From Candidatus Saccharimonadia bacterium (GTDB lineage: Bacteria; Patescibacteriota; Saccharimonadia; UBA4664), in assembly GCA_038244585.1 (NCBI GenBank), contig JBBRTI010000003.1, positions 1 through 59,835 of the forward strand: a DNA stretch of 59,835 nucleotides. The letters are read 5' to 3'. The notes under the pieces were generated by a model. It was given only the letters and a program-made list of their open reading frames with translations. It was not told where the DNA came from and did not search any database. A program made the position numbers and the translations under genes. Position 1 is the stretch's first letter. Every line of letters starts with the position of its first letter. This document shows positions 36,619 through 45,947 of this stretch, piece by piece.

Positions 36619-36822
36619 TTACTTGTAGGCCTTAGCCTTGGCAAGTTTACGACCAGCCTTCCGGATGGCGATTTCGCGCTGAGCACGTTTGGTCAGCGTC
36701 TTCTCGAAGTATTTGTTACGACGTGCGATTCCGAGCACTCCCGACTGCTGCACCTTTTTGTTGAAGCGGCGGATTAAGTTCTCGATCGACTCTTTGTCGT
36801 CTTTGCGAGTTACTTGAAGCAT
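36619..36822 (-). CDS. rpsU: 30S ribosomal protein S21
   Basis: ESIE.LIRRF.KKV..SG.L...R...YFEK. Strong AAAGGAGGTG SD. Confidence 0.9.
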   Translation of the reverse strand: MLQVTRKDDKESIENLIRRFNKKVQQSGVLGIARRNKYFEKTLTKRAQREIAIRKAGRKLAKAKAYK

Positions 36823-36902
36823 AGTATCACCTCCTTTCGGGTGGCGTTGGGTCAGAGTTAAACAACTTGGCCTAGCTTAGCAGAAAAACGGCTTCCAAAC
36901 AA

Positions 36903-37235
36903 CTAAGCAGTAGCGTCCAAATGACCCGGCAGGCCAGCTAGGATATGAAAATGCAAGTGATCGACCAGCTGTCCGGCTGTCCGGCCGTTGTTGAGATGCA
37001 CTTTGTAGGCGCCCTTGACCCCCACAAGCTCTGCTACCTCACTTACGGCAAGTAGCAGCCGCCCAGCCAGCGCGGCATCACTCAGGTCGTCAAGACGCGC
37101 GATGTGCTGCTTGGATACTACTAGGATGTGGATTGGGGCTTTAGGATGGATGTCACGGAAGGCAACGGCATCCTGGTTCTCCCAAATAAGTCCAGTGGAA
37201 TCGGCAGCAAGTTTGCAGAATAGGCAATCATTCAT
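36903..37235 (-). CDS. HIT family nucleotide hydrolase
   Basis: DCLFC, AF.DI.PKAP.HILVV.K.H, GQLV.HLHFHIL. Confidence 0.95.
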   Translation of the reverse strand: MNDCLFCKLAADSTGLIWENQDAVAFRDIHPKAPIHILVVSKQHIARLDDLSDAALAGRLLLAVSEVAELVGVKGAYKVHLNNGRTAGQLVDHLHFHILAGLPGHLDATA

Positions 37236-37281
37236 TCCTGTATTATAACCCTAATAATCGACATGGCTAAACATGATATTA

Positions 37282-37319
37282 GCCCCATCCTCTCCTGACG
37301 TATCAGGATAGGATGGGGC
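37282..37319. terminator. Long stem-loop closing the orphan operon
   Basis: GCCCCATCCT..TCCTGA / TCAGGA..AGGATGGGGC. Confidence 0.6.
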
Positions 37320-37329
37320 CAATTAGACC

Positions 37330-37740
37330 TCAGATGGACACAAGGTCCATGGCTGATGCCATCTGATGGCGGAGCCTGGTGCAATCGCGCCTCGGCGTGA
37401 GGGTAGCGGGGTCAGCCGCCAGTATGGCGTTTGTGACCTGCTCACACAATCGGGACTTCGGCGGCACGGCTTGCTTGGGTGCGGACCCGTTGGCCCGACA
37501 AGGGCGACCGTCCCCCTCCGTCAATGCGGCGTGGGTGTACCCCAACTCTTCAGCAACCATGGAATGAAGGTCATGCAGCCTCGCTAGGTCGGCGTGTTGC
37601 AGCTCGTCCAGAATCATGTCATGGACGACCGGACCGATGCCGGCCAGGACGAGCATAGCCTCGACGCAGCGGATGACATTGCTTTCCTGGGTGACCTCAT
37701 GTATGGCGGCCGATACGGCGATACCGAGCGTGGTGTTCAT
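37330..37740 (-). CDS. Hypothetical protein
   Basis: 136 aa. ATGA overlap with the upstream ORF. Confidence 0.55.
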   Translation of the reverse strand: MNTTLGIAVSAAIHEVTQESNVIRCVEAMLVLAGIGPVVHDMILDELQHADLARLHDLHSMVAEELGYTHAALTEGDGRPCRANGSAPKQAVPPKSRLCEQVTNAILAADPATLTPRRDCTRLRHQMASAMDLVSI

Positions 37741-38036
37741 GCCGGCGCTCCGCTGAATTGCGGCATCGGGACAGCTGAGACGCTGCGACGTTCCTTCGCT
37801 TTGACCGGTTGGGCCTGGCGTCCGGAACGTTGGGAGCGAAGCTCCTGTAGTCTCTGTCGCATCTCGTCGAGGTTCATGCCTTCCAGCTCGTGGGGCTTGG
37901 CCGGAGCGGAGCCGCTGAAAATCGGCTGTGGCGGCACTAGGCTGTCATACTCGGCGCGGAACTTCAGACGGACCTTGGAACAACCGGTGCGCGGGTGGGC
38001 TTTGCAGAATGAGCAGTGATTCTCAGAGTTAGCCAC
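37737..38036 (-). CDS. Hypothetical protein with an N-terminal CxxC
   Basis: 99 aa, HCSFCK.H, AGGA upstream, coupled to the next ORF. Confidence 0.5.
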   Translation of the reverse strand: MANSENHCSFCKAHPRTGCSKVRLKFRAEYDSLVPPQPIFSGSAPAKPHELEGMNLDEMRQRLQELRSQRSGRQAQPVKAKERRSVSAVPMPQFSGAPA

Positions 38037-38114
38037 GGAAGCAACTTCCTATCTACTAGGTTGAAAAACCTGATGACGGAAAAAAAGATAATCAAAACGC
38101 CGTGATGCTACTCG

Positions 38115-38300
38115 CTAAAGGGAGTGAGCTGCCTGAGCACACGCTTGCGCGCGCTCTTTGTAGAGGTCGATCAGCTGCTCGTGAGTGAGGTTCCCAAGCT
38201 TGGACGGTATGCACTCCAGATGCATCTCAAGCCACTCGATGTCCTCGACAAGTTGCTTGATGGACATCGTCTTTGTATTCAAAGAACCAGTAACGGCCAT
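38115..38300 (-). CDS. Small hypothetical protein
   Basis: 61 aa, GGAG 7 nt upstream, follows a consensus promoter. Confidence 0.5.
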   Translation of the reverse strand: MAVTGSLNTKTMSIKQLVEDIEWLEMHLECIPSKLGNLTHEQLIDLYKERAQACAQAAHSL

Positions 38301-38361
38301 GCCGGTACTCCTATCTGGTTCCGGGCAGATCTGGATAATCTGCGTTCGTCGGATAAATGGG

Positions 38362-38391
38362 ATTATACAGACGGCTATCTAAATCTGTCAA
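38362..38391 (-). promoter_or_regulatory. Consensus sigma70 promoter
   Basis: TTGACA-18 nt-TATAAT, with TG immediately before the -10. Confidence 0.7.
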
Positions 38392-38467
38392 ATAATTTTT
38401 ACATATTTGACAATCAATAGTTCTAATGTTTTACGGATACTCTCAGAGCGCAGTCCTGGATAGCGTC

Positions 38468-39226
38468 TTACTTCTCGTGGGCGATGAATTCTTCCACCTT
38501 CTTAACCGTATCCATAAACTGAGCCGGGAAGACTATGGTGGAGTTCTTTTCGACAGCAATTTCCGACAGTACCTGGAGGTTACGCAGCTGGAGAGCTACG
38601 GGGTGAGCCGCGATGATATCGGCAGCCTGACCCAGTTTTGCGGCGCTCTGGAATTCACCGTCGGCGGCAATGATCTTGGCCCGCTTCTCGCGTTCGGCCT
38701 CGGCCTGCTTGGCCATGGCGCGCTGCATCGAATCCGGTAGCTGGATATCCTTGAGCTCAACCCGCTGCACCTCAATCCCCCACTTCTCCGTCGTACTATC
38801 AAGGATTGCCTTAACCTTGGTGTTGATGTCGGCGGTATTGGAAAGCACTTCATCAAGGGCGTGCTGGCCGACAATATTACGGACGGTCGTCTGGGCAATC
38901 TGGTTTATAGCTGAGATGACATTGTCGATAGCCACCAGTGATTTAGCCGGATCGACGACGAGGTAATACGTGACTGCGGCGACGCTGATGCTGACATTAT
39001 CCTTAGTAATAACCTGCTGGCCGGGAACGGCCATGGTTATGATCCGCATATTCACTTTTTTCATCTGATCGATGACGGGAATAATCAGGCGCAGCCCAGG
39101 TTCACGGACCTTGTCCGAGACCCTGCCGAGACGGAATACGACGCCGCGCTCATACTGCTGCACGATACGGAGGCCGAAGACGGCCAGGAGGAACAATAAT
39201 ACGGCTAAAAAGTAGAAAGAATCCAT
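38468..39226 (-). CDS. SPFH/stomatin-like (slipin) protein
   Basis: [27 protein letters not shown]...LDE.L, AMA.QAEAERE.RA.II.A.GE. Confidence 0.95.
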   Translation of the reverse strand: MDSFYFLAVLLFLLAVFGLRIVQQYERGVVFRLGRVSDKVREPGLRLIIPVIDQMKKVNMRIITMAVPGQQVITKDNVSISVAAVTYYLVVDPAKSLVAIDNVISAINQIAQTTVRNIVGQHALDEVLSNTADINTKVKAILDSTTEKWGIEVQRVELKDIQLPDSMQRAMAKQAEAEREKRAKIIAADGEFQSAAKLGQAADIIAAHPVALQLRNLQVLSEIAVEKNSTIVFPAQFMDTVKKVEEFIAHEK

Positions 39227-39256
39227 GGAGCACTCCTGTTGTGATTAATTCGCTGG

Positions 39257-40534
39257 CTAGACTACGCCGTACCGGGTACGCATTTCCGCGACGATCATAT
39301 CGATTTTTACCGTCTCCTGGGCCCCTGATGTCATATCACGGAGCAGGACGGTGCCGTCCTGGACCTCTTTCTGGCCGATGATAATGGCGTTGGCCACGCC
39401 AAGTTTGTCGGCCCGGGCCAGCTGGGCACCGATACCGTCTCGATCCACGGCTCCGGTAGCTGAAACACCGGCATCCAGGAGCTCTTCGATCAGGCGAAAA
39501 GCAGCCAGTCTCGCCGGCTCACCTAGGCTCGCCACATACACTCGTTTGGAAGTCGTGGTCGCCGGTACGGCGCCGCTGGCTTCGAGTTCCAGGATAATCC
39601 GCTCTAGGCCGGCGGCAAAACCTACGGCCGGAGTCGGCGTGCCCCCGAGAGACTCGACCAAAGCGTCATAGCGTCCGCCGCCGCCCAATGAGGCCTGCGC
39701 GCCTTCGCGTTCGCCGTAGAATTCAAAGACGGTACGGCTGTAATAATCCAGTCCGCGGACCAGCAGCGGGTTGAGCTCATAGTTGATACCGAGATCATCG
39801 AGATATTCTAGTACTCCTGAGAGATGCTTTTGGCACTCGTCGCACAGGTAGTTGAGCGTCTGTGGCGCGCCGCCGAGAATGACCTGAGTACTTGCCTCCT
39901 TGGAGTCCAAGACCCGCAAGGGATTTTTTGCCAATCGTTCACGGTCGATTTCGGCCAGCTGTTTGACGTTGTCATTGAGATATTCAATCAGGGCCTTCTT
40001 AAACTTTGGTCGGCAGGCCGCGTCACCGATGGAATTGACTTGGAGAGTGACTGCACCCAGACGCAGGCGTTTGAAGACGCGGTGGGCCAGCGTAATCAGC
40101 TGAGCGTCGGCGCTGGGATTGGCATCACCGAAGACCTCGGCGCCTATCTGCTTGTGCTGACGGTAGCGGCCTTCCTGCGGACGGTCGTAACGGAACATGT
40201 CCTCAACATAATACAGCCGTACCGGATGAGGCAATGAACCCATTCCGTGTTCAATGTAGGCGCGGGCAATCGCCGCCGTTCCTTCCGGCCGTAGTGCCAG
40301 ACGTTTGTCGGAGCGGTCAACTAAAGTGTAGAGTTCTTTGTCTACCAGGTCGGTTCCCTGGCCTTGGGTCCGCAGGAACACACCCTCGTCTTCCAATAGT
40401 GGCGTCTCGATTCTACCGTAGCCAGCGTCGGTGACGGCAGAAGTAAAGGCGTTTGTGACGTAATCAAACAGCCGGCGGCGCTCCGGTAGAATATCATACA
40501 TACCACGAACGGTCTGAAACTGCTGTTTAGCCAA
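39257..40534 (-). CDS. hisS: Histidyl-tRNA synthetase
   Basis: RG..D.LP, LRPEGTA..AR, RYDRPQ.GRYRQ..Q.G.E, LVRGLDYY..TVFE, GGGGRYD.L. GGAG before the TTG start. Confidence 0.97.
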   Translation of the reverse strand: MAKQQFQTVRGMYDILPERRRLFDYVTNAFTSAVTDAGYGRIETPLLEDEGVFLRTQGQGTDLVDKELYTLVDRSDKRLALRPEGTAAIARAYIEHGMGSLPHPVRLYYVEDMFRYDRPQEGRYRQHKQIGAEVFGDANPSADAQLITLAHRVFKRLRLGAVTLQVNSIGDAACRPKFKKALIEYLNDNVKQLAEIDRERLAKNPLRVLDSKEASTQVILGGAPQTLNYLCDECQKHLSGVLEYLDDLGINYELNPLLVRGLDYYSRTVFEFYGEREGAQASLGGGGRYDALVESLGGTPTPAVGFAAGLERIILELEASGAVPATTTSKRVYVASLGEPARLAAFRLIEELLDAGVSATGAVDRDGIGAQLARADKLGVANAIIIGQKEVQDGTVLLRDMTSGAQETVKIDMIVAEMRTRYGVV

Positions 40535-40594
40535 AATTAACTCCTTTTGCTAGCCGAAAGCGTACCATAGGCGCGGTCTTTGAGGCAAGATGCA

Positions 40595-42757
40595 CTAGAT
40601 GCGCTTGACGCTGTCTATCCCCGGTAGTCGTTCCAGCCGTTTGATGATGTCGGCTAGCGCAAACAGATCCGGCACCTCAATAACGAATTCAACCTGAGAG
40701 TGCGTATCATTCAAATCAGATGTGTTGACCGAGCCGATATTGAAATTACCTTTGGAAACGGTCCCTGTCACGTCCGATAAGAGCCCGATCCGGTTGACGG
40801 CCACAAGCTGAAGGCGGCAGACCAACCTTTCTGGAACGTCGCTATGCGTTTCCCAGTGACAGGTGACGTAGCGCTCGGAGTCAACCGGCAAGTTACGGCA
40901 GGTAAAGGCGTGAACTGTGATTCCGGAACCACGCGTCACATAGCCAACGATCGGCTGCGGGAAGAGAGGCTGGCAACATGGCGCCAGCACGTATGGCAGC
41001 TCATCTAGGCCGCCGTCGAACATTACCTGTCCCGTCGCTTGTGCGCGTTTAATCACCGGAGTGGAGGCCGGACGGGCCGCGTCCGGAACCAGCCGCCGGA
41101 TGGCGGCGATTACCCCGATACTGCTCTCGCCGATGGCGGCCAGCATGTCTTCGATCGTTTTCTGATGAAGGCCGTCAATGGCATCAGCCAGCTGGCGGGG
41201 CGGTAAATCCTCTAGGCGCTTGATTCCCCAGACCTTGAGTTCGGTTTCAAGCAAGACTCTGCCCGAGGCGATATTGGTCTCACGGCTGGCCGCCCGGAAC
41301 CAAGACCGGATGCGGTTGCGGGCGTGCGGAGTCTTGACGAAGCTGAGCCAATCCCGGTTCGGTGACGCCTCGCGCCGGGTGATAATCTCCACCACGTCGC
41401 GATTCTCCAGACGAGTGTCGAGAGTTGCCATGCGGTTGTTGACGCGAGCGCCCATTGTCCGCAGACCGAGGTCGGAATGAACGGCAAAGGCAAAATCAAC
41501 AGGGGTAGAGCCTTCCGCCAGGTCATAGAGGTCGCCACGGGGTGAGAATACGAAGATGCGATCGCCGAATAGTTCCAAGCGCGCGCTATCGACGAACTCC
41601 TGACCGCTGCCGACCAAAGCCTGAAGGCTGGCCAGCTGTCCCACCCATTTGAGTTTATCTGGCAGAGTGCCACCATGCTGTCCCTTGGCATAGGCCCCCG
41701 AGGATTTTTGAGCGTCATAGTAGAAGTGGGCCGATAAGCCGTGTTCTGCCTCCTCATGCATCAGCGGCGTACGGATTTGGATCTCGGTGATCTGCCCGTC
41801 CTCGGCGAACACCGTCGTATGAAGGCTCTGGTATCCGTTAGGTTTGGGGACGGCAATGTAGTCCTTTATGCGGTAAATCAACGGCTTGTAGTTCTGATGG
41901 ATGACGCCGAGGGCCTGATAACATGATGAGATATCGGGTACGATCAGTCGGATGGCCGTGAGGTCGTAGATCTTATTAATATCGCCGTTCACCTTAACCA
42001 TCTTCTTGTAGACGCTATAGAGGTGCTTCTGGCGGCCGTCTACTGTGACGACTTTGACAGACGCCCGTTCAAGATTCAAAACAATGGCAGCCTTAAGGAT
42101 GACAATGTAGTGTTCGGCTTTAGAAGTCGTCTGGCTGACCAATGAATCTAGTTTTTTGTACTCGTCCGGCATGAGGTAGAGAAAACTTAGGTCTTCAATT
42201 TCGCATTTGAGCTGCCCCATTCCCAGCCGGTCGGCCAGCGGTGCGAAGACGTCCAAGCTCTCTCTGGCAATCCGGATCTGCTGATCCGGGTTCAAAAAAT
42301 TCAGAGTTCGCAGGTTGTGCAGCCGGTCGGCCAGCTTAATGAGTATCACGCGAAAATCCTTGGCGGTCGCTAGCAAAAGCTTGCGCAGGTTCTCGTTGGT
42401 GGCTTCCAGGCGCGCGCTGTCTTCGGCGGGACCGGCCATGGCCTCGATGGCAGCCAATTTGGTGACGCCGTCCACGAGCTGGGCAACGTTATCGCCGAAA
42501 ACTTTTGTCAGCTGCTCCACTGTCGTGGATGTGTCCTCGACCACATCATGCAACAACGCCGCCATTATCGTCTCGTGGTCCAGCCCCCACTCCGCCACCG
42601 TCTCAGCCACGGCAACCGGGTGAATGACGTAAGGTTCGCCGCTGCGCCGCGTCTGCGACGAGTGTGCCTTGGCCGCGTATTCAAGCGCGCTGTCGATGGC
42701 GGCACGCTGCGCGGGCGTGAACCGTTTAACGTCGTAGTGAATAATCAGTTTATTCAT
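40595..42757 (-). CDS. rel: Bifunctional (p)ppGpp synthetase/hydrolase (Rel/RSH)
   Basis: H..Q.R.SGEPY..HP, LLHDVVED, IKLADRLHN.RTL, KDYIA.PKPNGYQSLHT, TGS, CC and ACT domains. The start at 42757 overlaps the recJ stop. Confidence 0.96.
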   Translation of the reverse strand: MNKLIIHYDVKRFTPAQRAAIDSALEYAAKAHSSQTRRSGEPYVIHPVAVAETVAEWGLDHETIMAALLHDVVEDTSTTVEQLTKVFGDNVAQLVDGVTKLAAIEAMAGPAEDSARLEATNENLRKLLLATAKDFRVILIKLADRLHNLRTLNFLNPDQQIRIARESLDVFAPLADRLGMGQLKCEIEDLSFLYLMPDEYKKLDSLVSQTTSKAEHYIVILKAAIVLNLERASVKVVTVDGRQKHLYSVYKKMVKVNGDINKIYDLTAIRLIVPDISSCYQALGVIHQNYKPLIYRIKDYIAVPKPNGYQSLHTTVFAEDGQITEIQIRTPLMHEEAEHGLSAHFYYDAQKSSGAYAKGQHGGTLPDKLKWVGQLASLQALVGSGQEFVDSARLELFGDRIFVFSPRGDLYDLAEGSTPVDFAFAVHSDLGLRTMGARVNNRMATLDTRLENRDVVEIITRREASPNRDWLSFVKTPHARNRIRSWFRAASRETNIASGRVLLETELKVWGIKRLEDLPPRQLADAIDGLHQKTIEDMLAAIGESSIGVIAAIRRLVPDAARPASTPVIKRAQATGQVMFDGGLDELPYVLAPCCQPLFPQPIVGYVTRGSGITVHAFTCRNLPVDSERYVTCHWETHSDVPERLVCRLQLVAVNRIGLLSDVTGTVSKGNFNIGSVNTSDLNDTHSQVEFVIEVPDLFALADIIKRLERLPGIDSVKRI

Positions 42758-44396
42758 ATCTAAGCTCTGAGATGACGAGCTGCAAGCTGGCCCGCCCTTG
42801 CCATTCATTTTTATTCAGTCGGCCCAAAGCCGTTAGCTTCTGACCTGGTTTCAAATCGGGATAGCGAGCACACAAACCGAATCCGACCGCCCCCACATTA
42901 CGTCCGTCTGCGTCCTGAAGGCTCAGTTTCAGGTGGTTGGCTTCCTTACCGATTTTGCGGACCTCTTGGGCAACCAAGCCGCCCAGAGCCAGAATTGGTT
43001 CGGGATTGGCCGCCCCGAACGGCTCCATGAGCTCCAGCTGCTCTAGCAGGTCCCAATCGGCGCTGGCAATACCCTCGAGCTGGGCGTCGGCGGTTAGCTC
43101 AGGGGCAGCCGCCGTATCGGCGCCGCTTAAGGCGTAATAGACTTGCAACCCCTCCCTCAAGGCTCCTATATTCTCGGTCGGCAGCGTGAACCCAGCGGCA
43201 AAGAAATGGCCGCCGAACTTGGTGAGCAACGACGCATTGGCCCGCAAGGCTTCCACCATATTAAAACCGCCAAGACTGCGCGCCGAGCCCTTGGTAACCT
43301 CACCCATAACTTGAGCCACCAGAACCGGCTTATGCCATTTTTCGACAAGTTTTGAGGCGACAATGCCAACAATACCGTGGCTCCAGCCTGAGCCAGCGAG
43401 CAGTAGGACCACGTCCTCGGCATATTCTTCAGCCAAGCGGTCGGCCTCTCTGTATACGGCAGCCTGAGTCGACCGACGCTCTTCATTAAGGATATCCAGC
43501 TCCTGAGCAATGGCGGACGCCCGAACCGCGTCTGTGGTCATCACCAGCTCCAGGCTGCGCGCAGCATGATCCAACCTACCGGCAGCATTCATCCGCGGCC
43601 CTAGGATGAAACCTAGGTGACTGGACGTAATTCCTGAGATATCGATGCCGCCGACGCCCGCCAGCGCCCTCAGCCCGGGGCGACGGGTCCGCCTCATTAC
43701 CTTCAAGCCGTAGGCCACCAGCACGCGGTTCTCGTCCACCAGGGTGACTATATCGCAGACCGTGCCGAGGGCGACCAAATCCAGCAGCCATTTTTCCTGG
43801 CCGGCCGCCGGAACGCCCGTCAGCTGCTGCAGTGCCTGGACCACCTTAAACGCCACACCGGCCCCGCACAGGTCCTTGAAGGGGTAAGTATCGTCAGGAC
43901 GCTTAGGATTGACCACGGCGATAGCCTGAGGCAACTGCTCCGGTACGGCATGGTGGTCGGTAATGACTAGGTCAAGTCCGTTCTCCCGCGCCCACTGGGC
44001 TTCTTCAACGCTGGTTATTCCGCAGTCCACGCTGATGACCAGGTCGACACCCTGTCCTTTCAACGTTTGGAGAGCTGTCAGGTTAATGCCATAGCCTTCT
44101 TCAAAGCGGTCGGGAATATAGCTGGTGGCGGTTATGCCGTGGAAGGCCAGTCCCTCGATCATGATAGCGGAGGCCGTTATGCCGTCGATATCGTAGTCGC
44201 CGTAAATAACCACTTTCTCCTCGCGGGCGGCGGCCAGCAGAATACGCTCCGAGCAGGCCCGCATATCGGTCATGCTTAGCGGATCATGGAGATGCGTATC
44301 GTAATCCGGCTTCAGAAAACGCTGCACGTGCGTCTCCTCCGTGATGCCTCGGCCTGCCAGAATATTCCGAATGATAGAAGGAACGCTCTCTTGCAT
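42750..44396 (-). CDS. recJ: ssDNA exonuclease RecJ
   Basis: YGDYD.DG, PDRF.EGYG, VDCGI, TDHH, LGT.CD.V.L..ENR, PR.NAAGRL, GSARS, GGH..AAG, L...EPFG..NP.P. Confidence 0.97.
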   Translation of the reverse strand: MQESVPSIIRNILAGRGITEETHVQRFLKPDYDTHLHDPLSMTDMRACSERILLAAAREEKVVIYGDYDIDGITASAIMIEGLAFHGITATSYIPDRFEEGYGINLTALQTLKGQGVDLVISVDCGITSVEEAQWARENGLDLVITDHHAVPEQLPQAIAVVNPKRPDDTYPFKDLCGAGVAFKVVQALQQLTGVPAAGQEKWLLDLVALGTVCDIVTLVDENRVLVAYGLKVMRRTRRPGLRALAGVGGIDISGITSSHLGFILGPRMNAAGRLDHAARSLELVMTTDAVRASAIAQELDILNEERRSTQAAVYREADRLAEEYAEDVVLLLAGSGWSHGIVGIVASKLVEKWHKPVLVAQVMGEVTKGSARSLGGFNMVEALRANASLLTKFGGHFFAAGFTLPTENIGALREGLQVYYALSGADTAAAPELTADAQLEGIASADWDLLEQLELMEPFGAANPEPILALGGLVAQEVRKIGKEANHLKLSLQDADGRNVGAVGFGLCARYPDLKPGQKLTALGRLNKNEWQGRASLQLVISELRYE

Positions 44397-44423
44397 AGGC
44401 ATAGTTTACCACTAAGGAACATT

Positions 44424-44447
44424 AAAAATGCCACCCTTAGAGGCGGC
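44424..44447 (-). terminator. Terminator upstream of recJ
   Basis: GCCGCC/GGTGGC stem followed by ATTTTT on the minus strand. Confidence 0.6.
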
Positions 44448-44502
44448 TATTTTCTCATGATTCGTATGGACGACTAAAATTTGCGGGCTAGGAAATAAAA
44501 AT

Positions 44503-44595
44503 TCGGATCACTGCGACGAACGAAACCAGGTGGCGGTTCGGGAATGAACCTTCCCCTGTCGGAGCGGCCGATGCCGGAATCGTCATGCAGCCCGA
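44503..44595. ncRNA. Candidate structured RNA of unknown class
   Basis: Nested pairings TCGG/CCGA, CTGC/GCAG, GACGA/TCGTC, CAGG/CCTG and GGTTC/GAACC in an intergenic region. Confidence 0.3.
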
Positions 44596-44619
44596 TGAGA
44601 ATAGAGTGGAAAATCCTGA

Positions 44620-44907
44620 TCATAGCGTGTTACTTGTTCCCCGCCGCGATTGGCTCTTGAGGACCAGTCCTTGTAGTTCCCGGTACAAGAGAAATTTGGG
44701 GTTGGCGGCATAAACCTTGGCGTTACCCTCTAGAGTAACCTTGACGAAGCCGACTTCAGCCAGACGCTTGAGCTCACGCTGGACATTGCCGGGATCCTCT
44801 TTGATCATTTTGGCGAGACCGCGGACGTGCATGCGGAAATCAGGATACTTCGTGAAGATGACGATTATCTTGCGGCGGGTTTTGGATGTAATGAATAGTT
44901 CTAACAT
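44620..44907 (-). CDS. Stand-alone winged-helix DNA-binding protein
   Basis: SKTRRKII..F...P....HVRGLAK.I.EDPGNVQRELKRL..VG.V....GN.K.Y.AN. Confidence 0.85.
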   Translation of the reverse strand: MLELFITSKTRRKIIVIFTKYPDFRMHVRGLAKMIKEDPGNVQRELKRLAEVGFVKVTLEGNAKVYAANPKFLLYRELQGLVLKSQSRRGTSNTL

Positions 44908-44950
44908 TTGTTTTTAAGCCGATTTTTTAGTTTTGGGCGTTGTTGAAATT

Positions 44951-44979
44951 ACTATAGTCCGAGCATAAGCATAATGCAA
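44951..44979 (-). promoter_or_regulatory. Promoter of the wHTH gene with a tandem TATGCT repeat in the spacer
   Basis: TTGCAT-TATGCTTATGCTCGGAC (17 nt)-TATAGT. Confidence 0.65.
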
Positions 44980-45041
44980 GTAGTTTTTACAACGAAAGCC
45001 CCCACAGCTTGTCAGCTACGGGAGCATTTCTCGTGATTCGG

Positions 45042-45947
45042 CTAGTTTTTAACTTTGGCCAGCTGCTTCTGGCGATAATTGTGCCAGGTTACGAGCAGCG
45101 GTGAAGCGTTGAAGATGGACGAGTAGGTTCCGGACGCCACTCCAATCAACAGAGCCAGAACGAAGTAGCGGATGCTCTGGCCGCCGAAAAGCAGCAGCGC
45201 TAGCAGCGTCAGGATGACGGTCAGGGAGGTGTTGATGGAACGGGCCAGGGTTTCCAGAATACTGTGATTAACGATCTCCTCAAAGCTCCCCTTCTCGCGG
45301 CGCAGGTTCTCGCGGATACGGTCAAAGACAACGATGGTGTCGTGAACGCTGAAACCGATGACCGTCAGGATGGCCGTAACGAACAGGGCGTCGATCTCGA
45401 TGCCGGAGAAATGGCCAAGCAGGCTGAAGATACCCAGGACGAACAAGGCGTCGTGAAGCAGCGCGGCGATTGCCATGAAGCCGACACTCCAGCTGGAGGC
45501 CGGCGCCGGAACGTTACGGAAGGCAAAGGCGATGTAGAGGACGATGGCCATGCTGGCGATGAGCAGGCTGATGAGAGCGTTGCGGGCGATGTCTCGCGAT
45601 ACGGTCGGGCCAACGGAGTCAAAACTCAGCTCCTGCAGGCCTTGGGCACTGAGGGCGGTCTTGAGCTTCTGATGATTAACTTCATGCTGCGACTGAGGCG
45701 AGGGGTCGGTGAAGCGGATTTGGGTCTGACCCGATCCCGTCGGGACTATCTGGACGTCTTTAAGGCCGATTGCGCCACCGGCGCTCCGCACGTCGGCCGC
45801 AATCACATTACCTTTAACCACGCTCAGTTGGCCGGAATTGAAGTCGATACCCAATTTCAGACCGAACAAGACCAATGACACTAGTCCTGGAACGATGATA
45901 ATGATTGAGATGGCGTACCAAATTTTGCGGCGCCCGATTATATTCAC
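45042..45947 (-). CDS. secF: Protein translocase subunit SecF
   Basis: LKLGIDF.SG, DSVGPTVS, YIAF.FR, HDALFVLG, GFSV.DTIVVFDRIREN, TL.RSINTSLT. The GTG start overlaps the secD TGA. Confidence 0.96.
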   Translation of the reverse strand: MNIIGRRKIWYAISIIIIVPGLVSLVLFGLKLGIDFNSGQLSVVKGNVIAADVRSAGGAIGLKDVQIVPTGSGQTQIRFTDPSPQSQHEVNHQKLKTALSAQGLQELSFDSVGPTVSRDIARNALISLLIASMAIVLYIAFAFRNVPAPASSWSVGFMAIAALLHDALFVLGIFSLLGHFSGIEIDALFVTAILTVIGFSVHDTIVVFDRIRENLRREKGSFEEIVNHSILETLARSINTSLTVILTLLALLLFGGQSIRYFVLALLIGVASGTYSSIFNASPLLVTWHNYRQKQLAKVKN

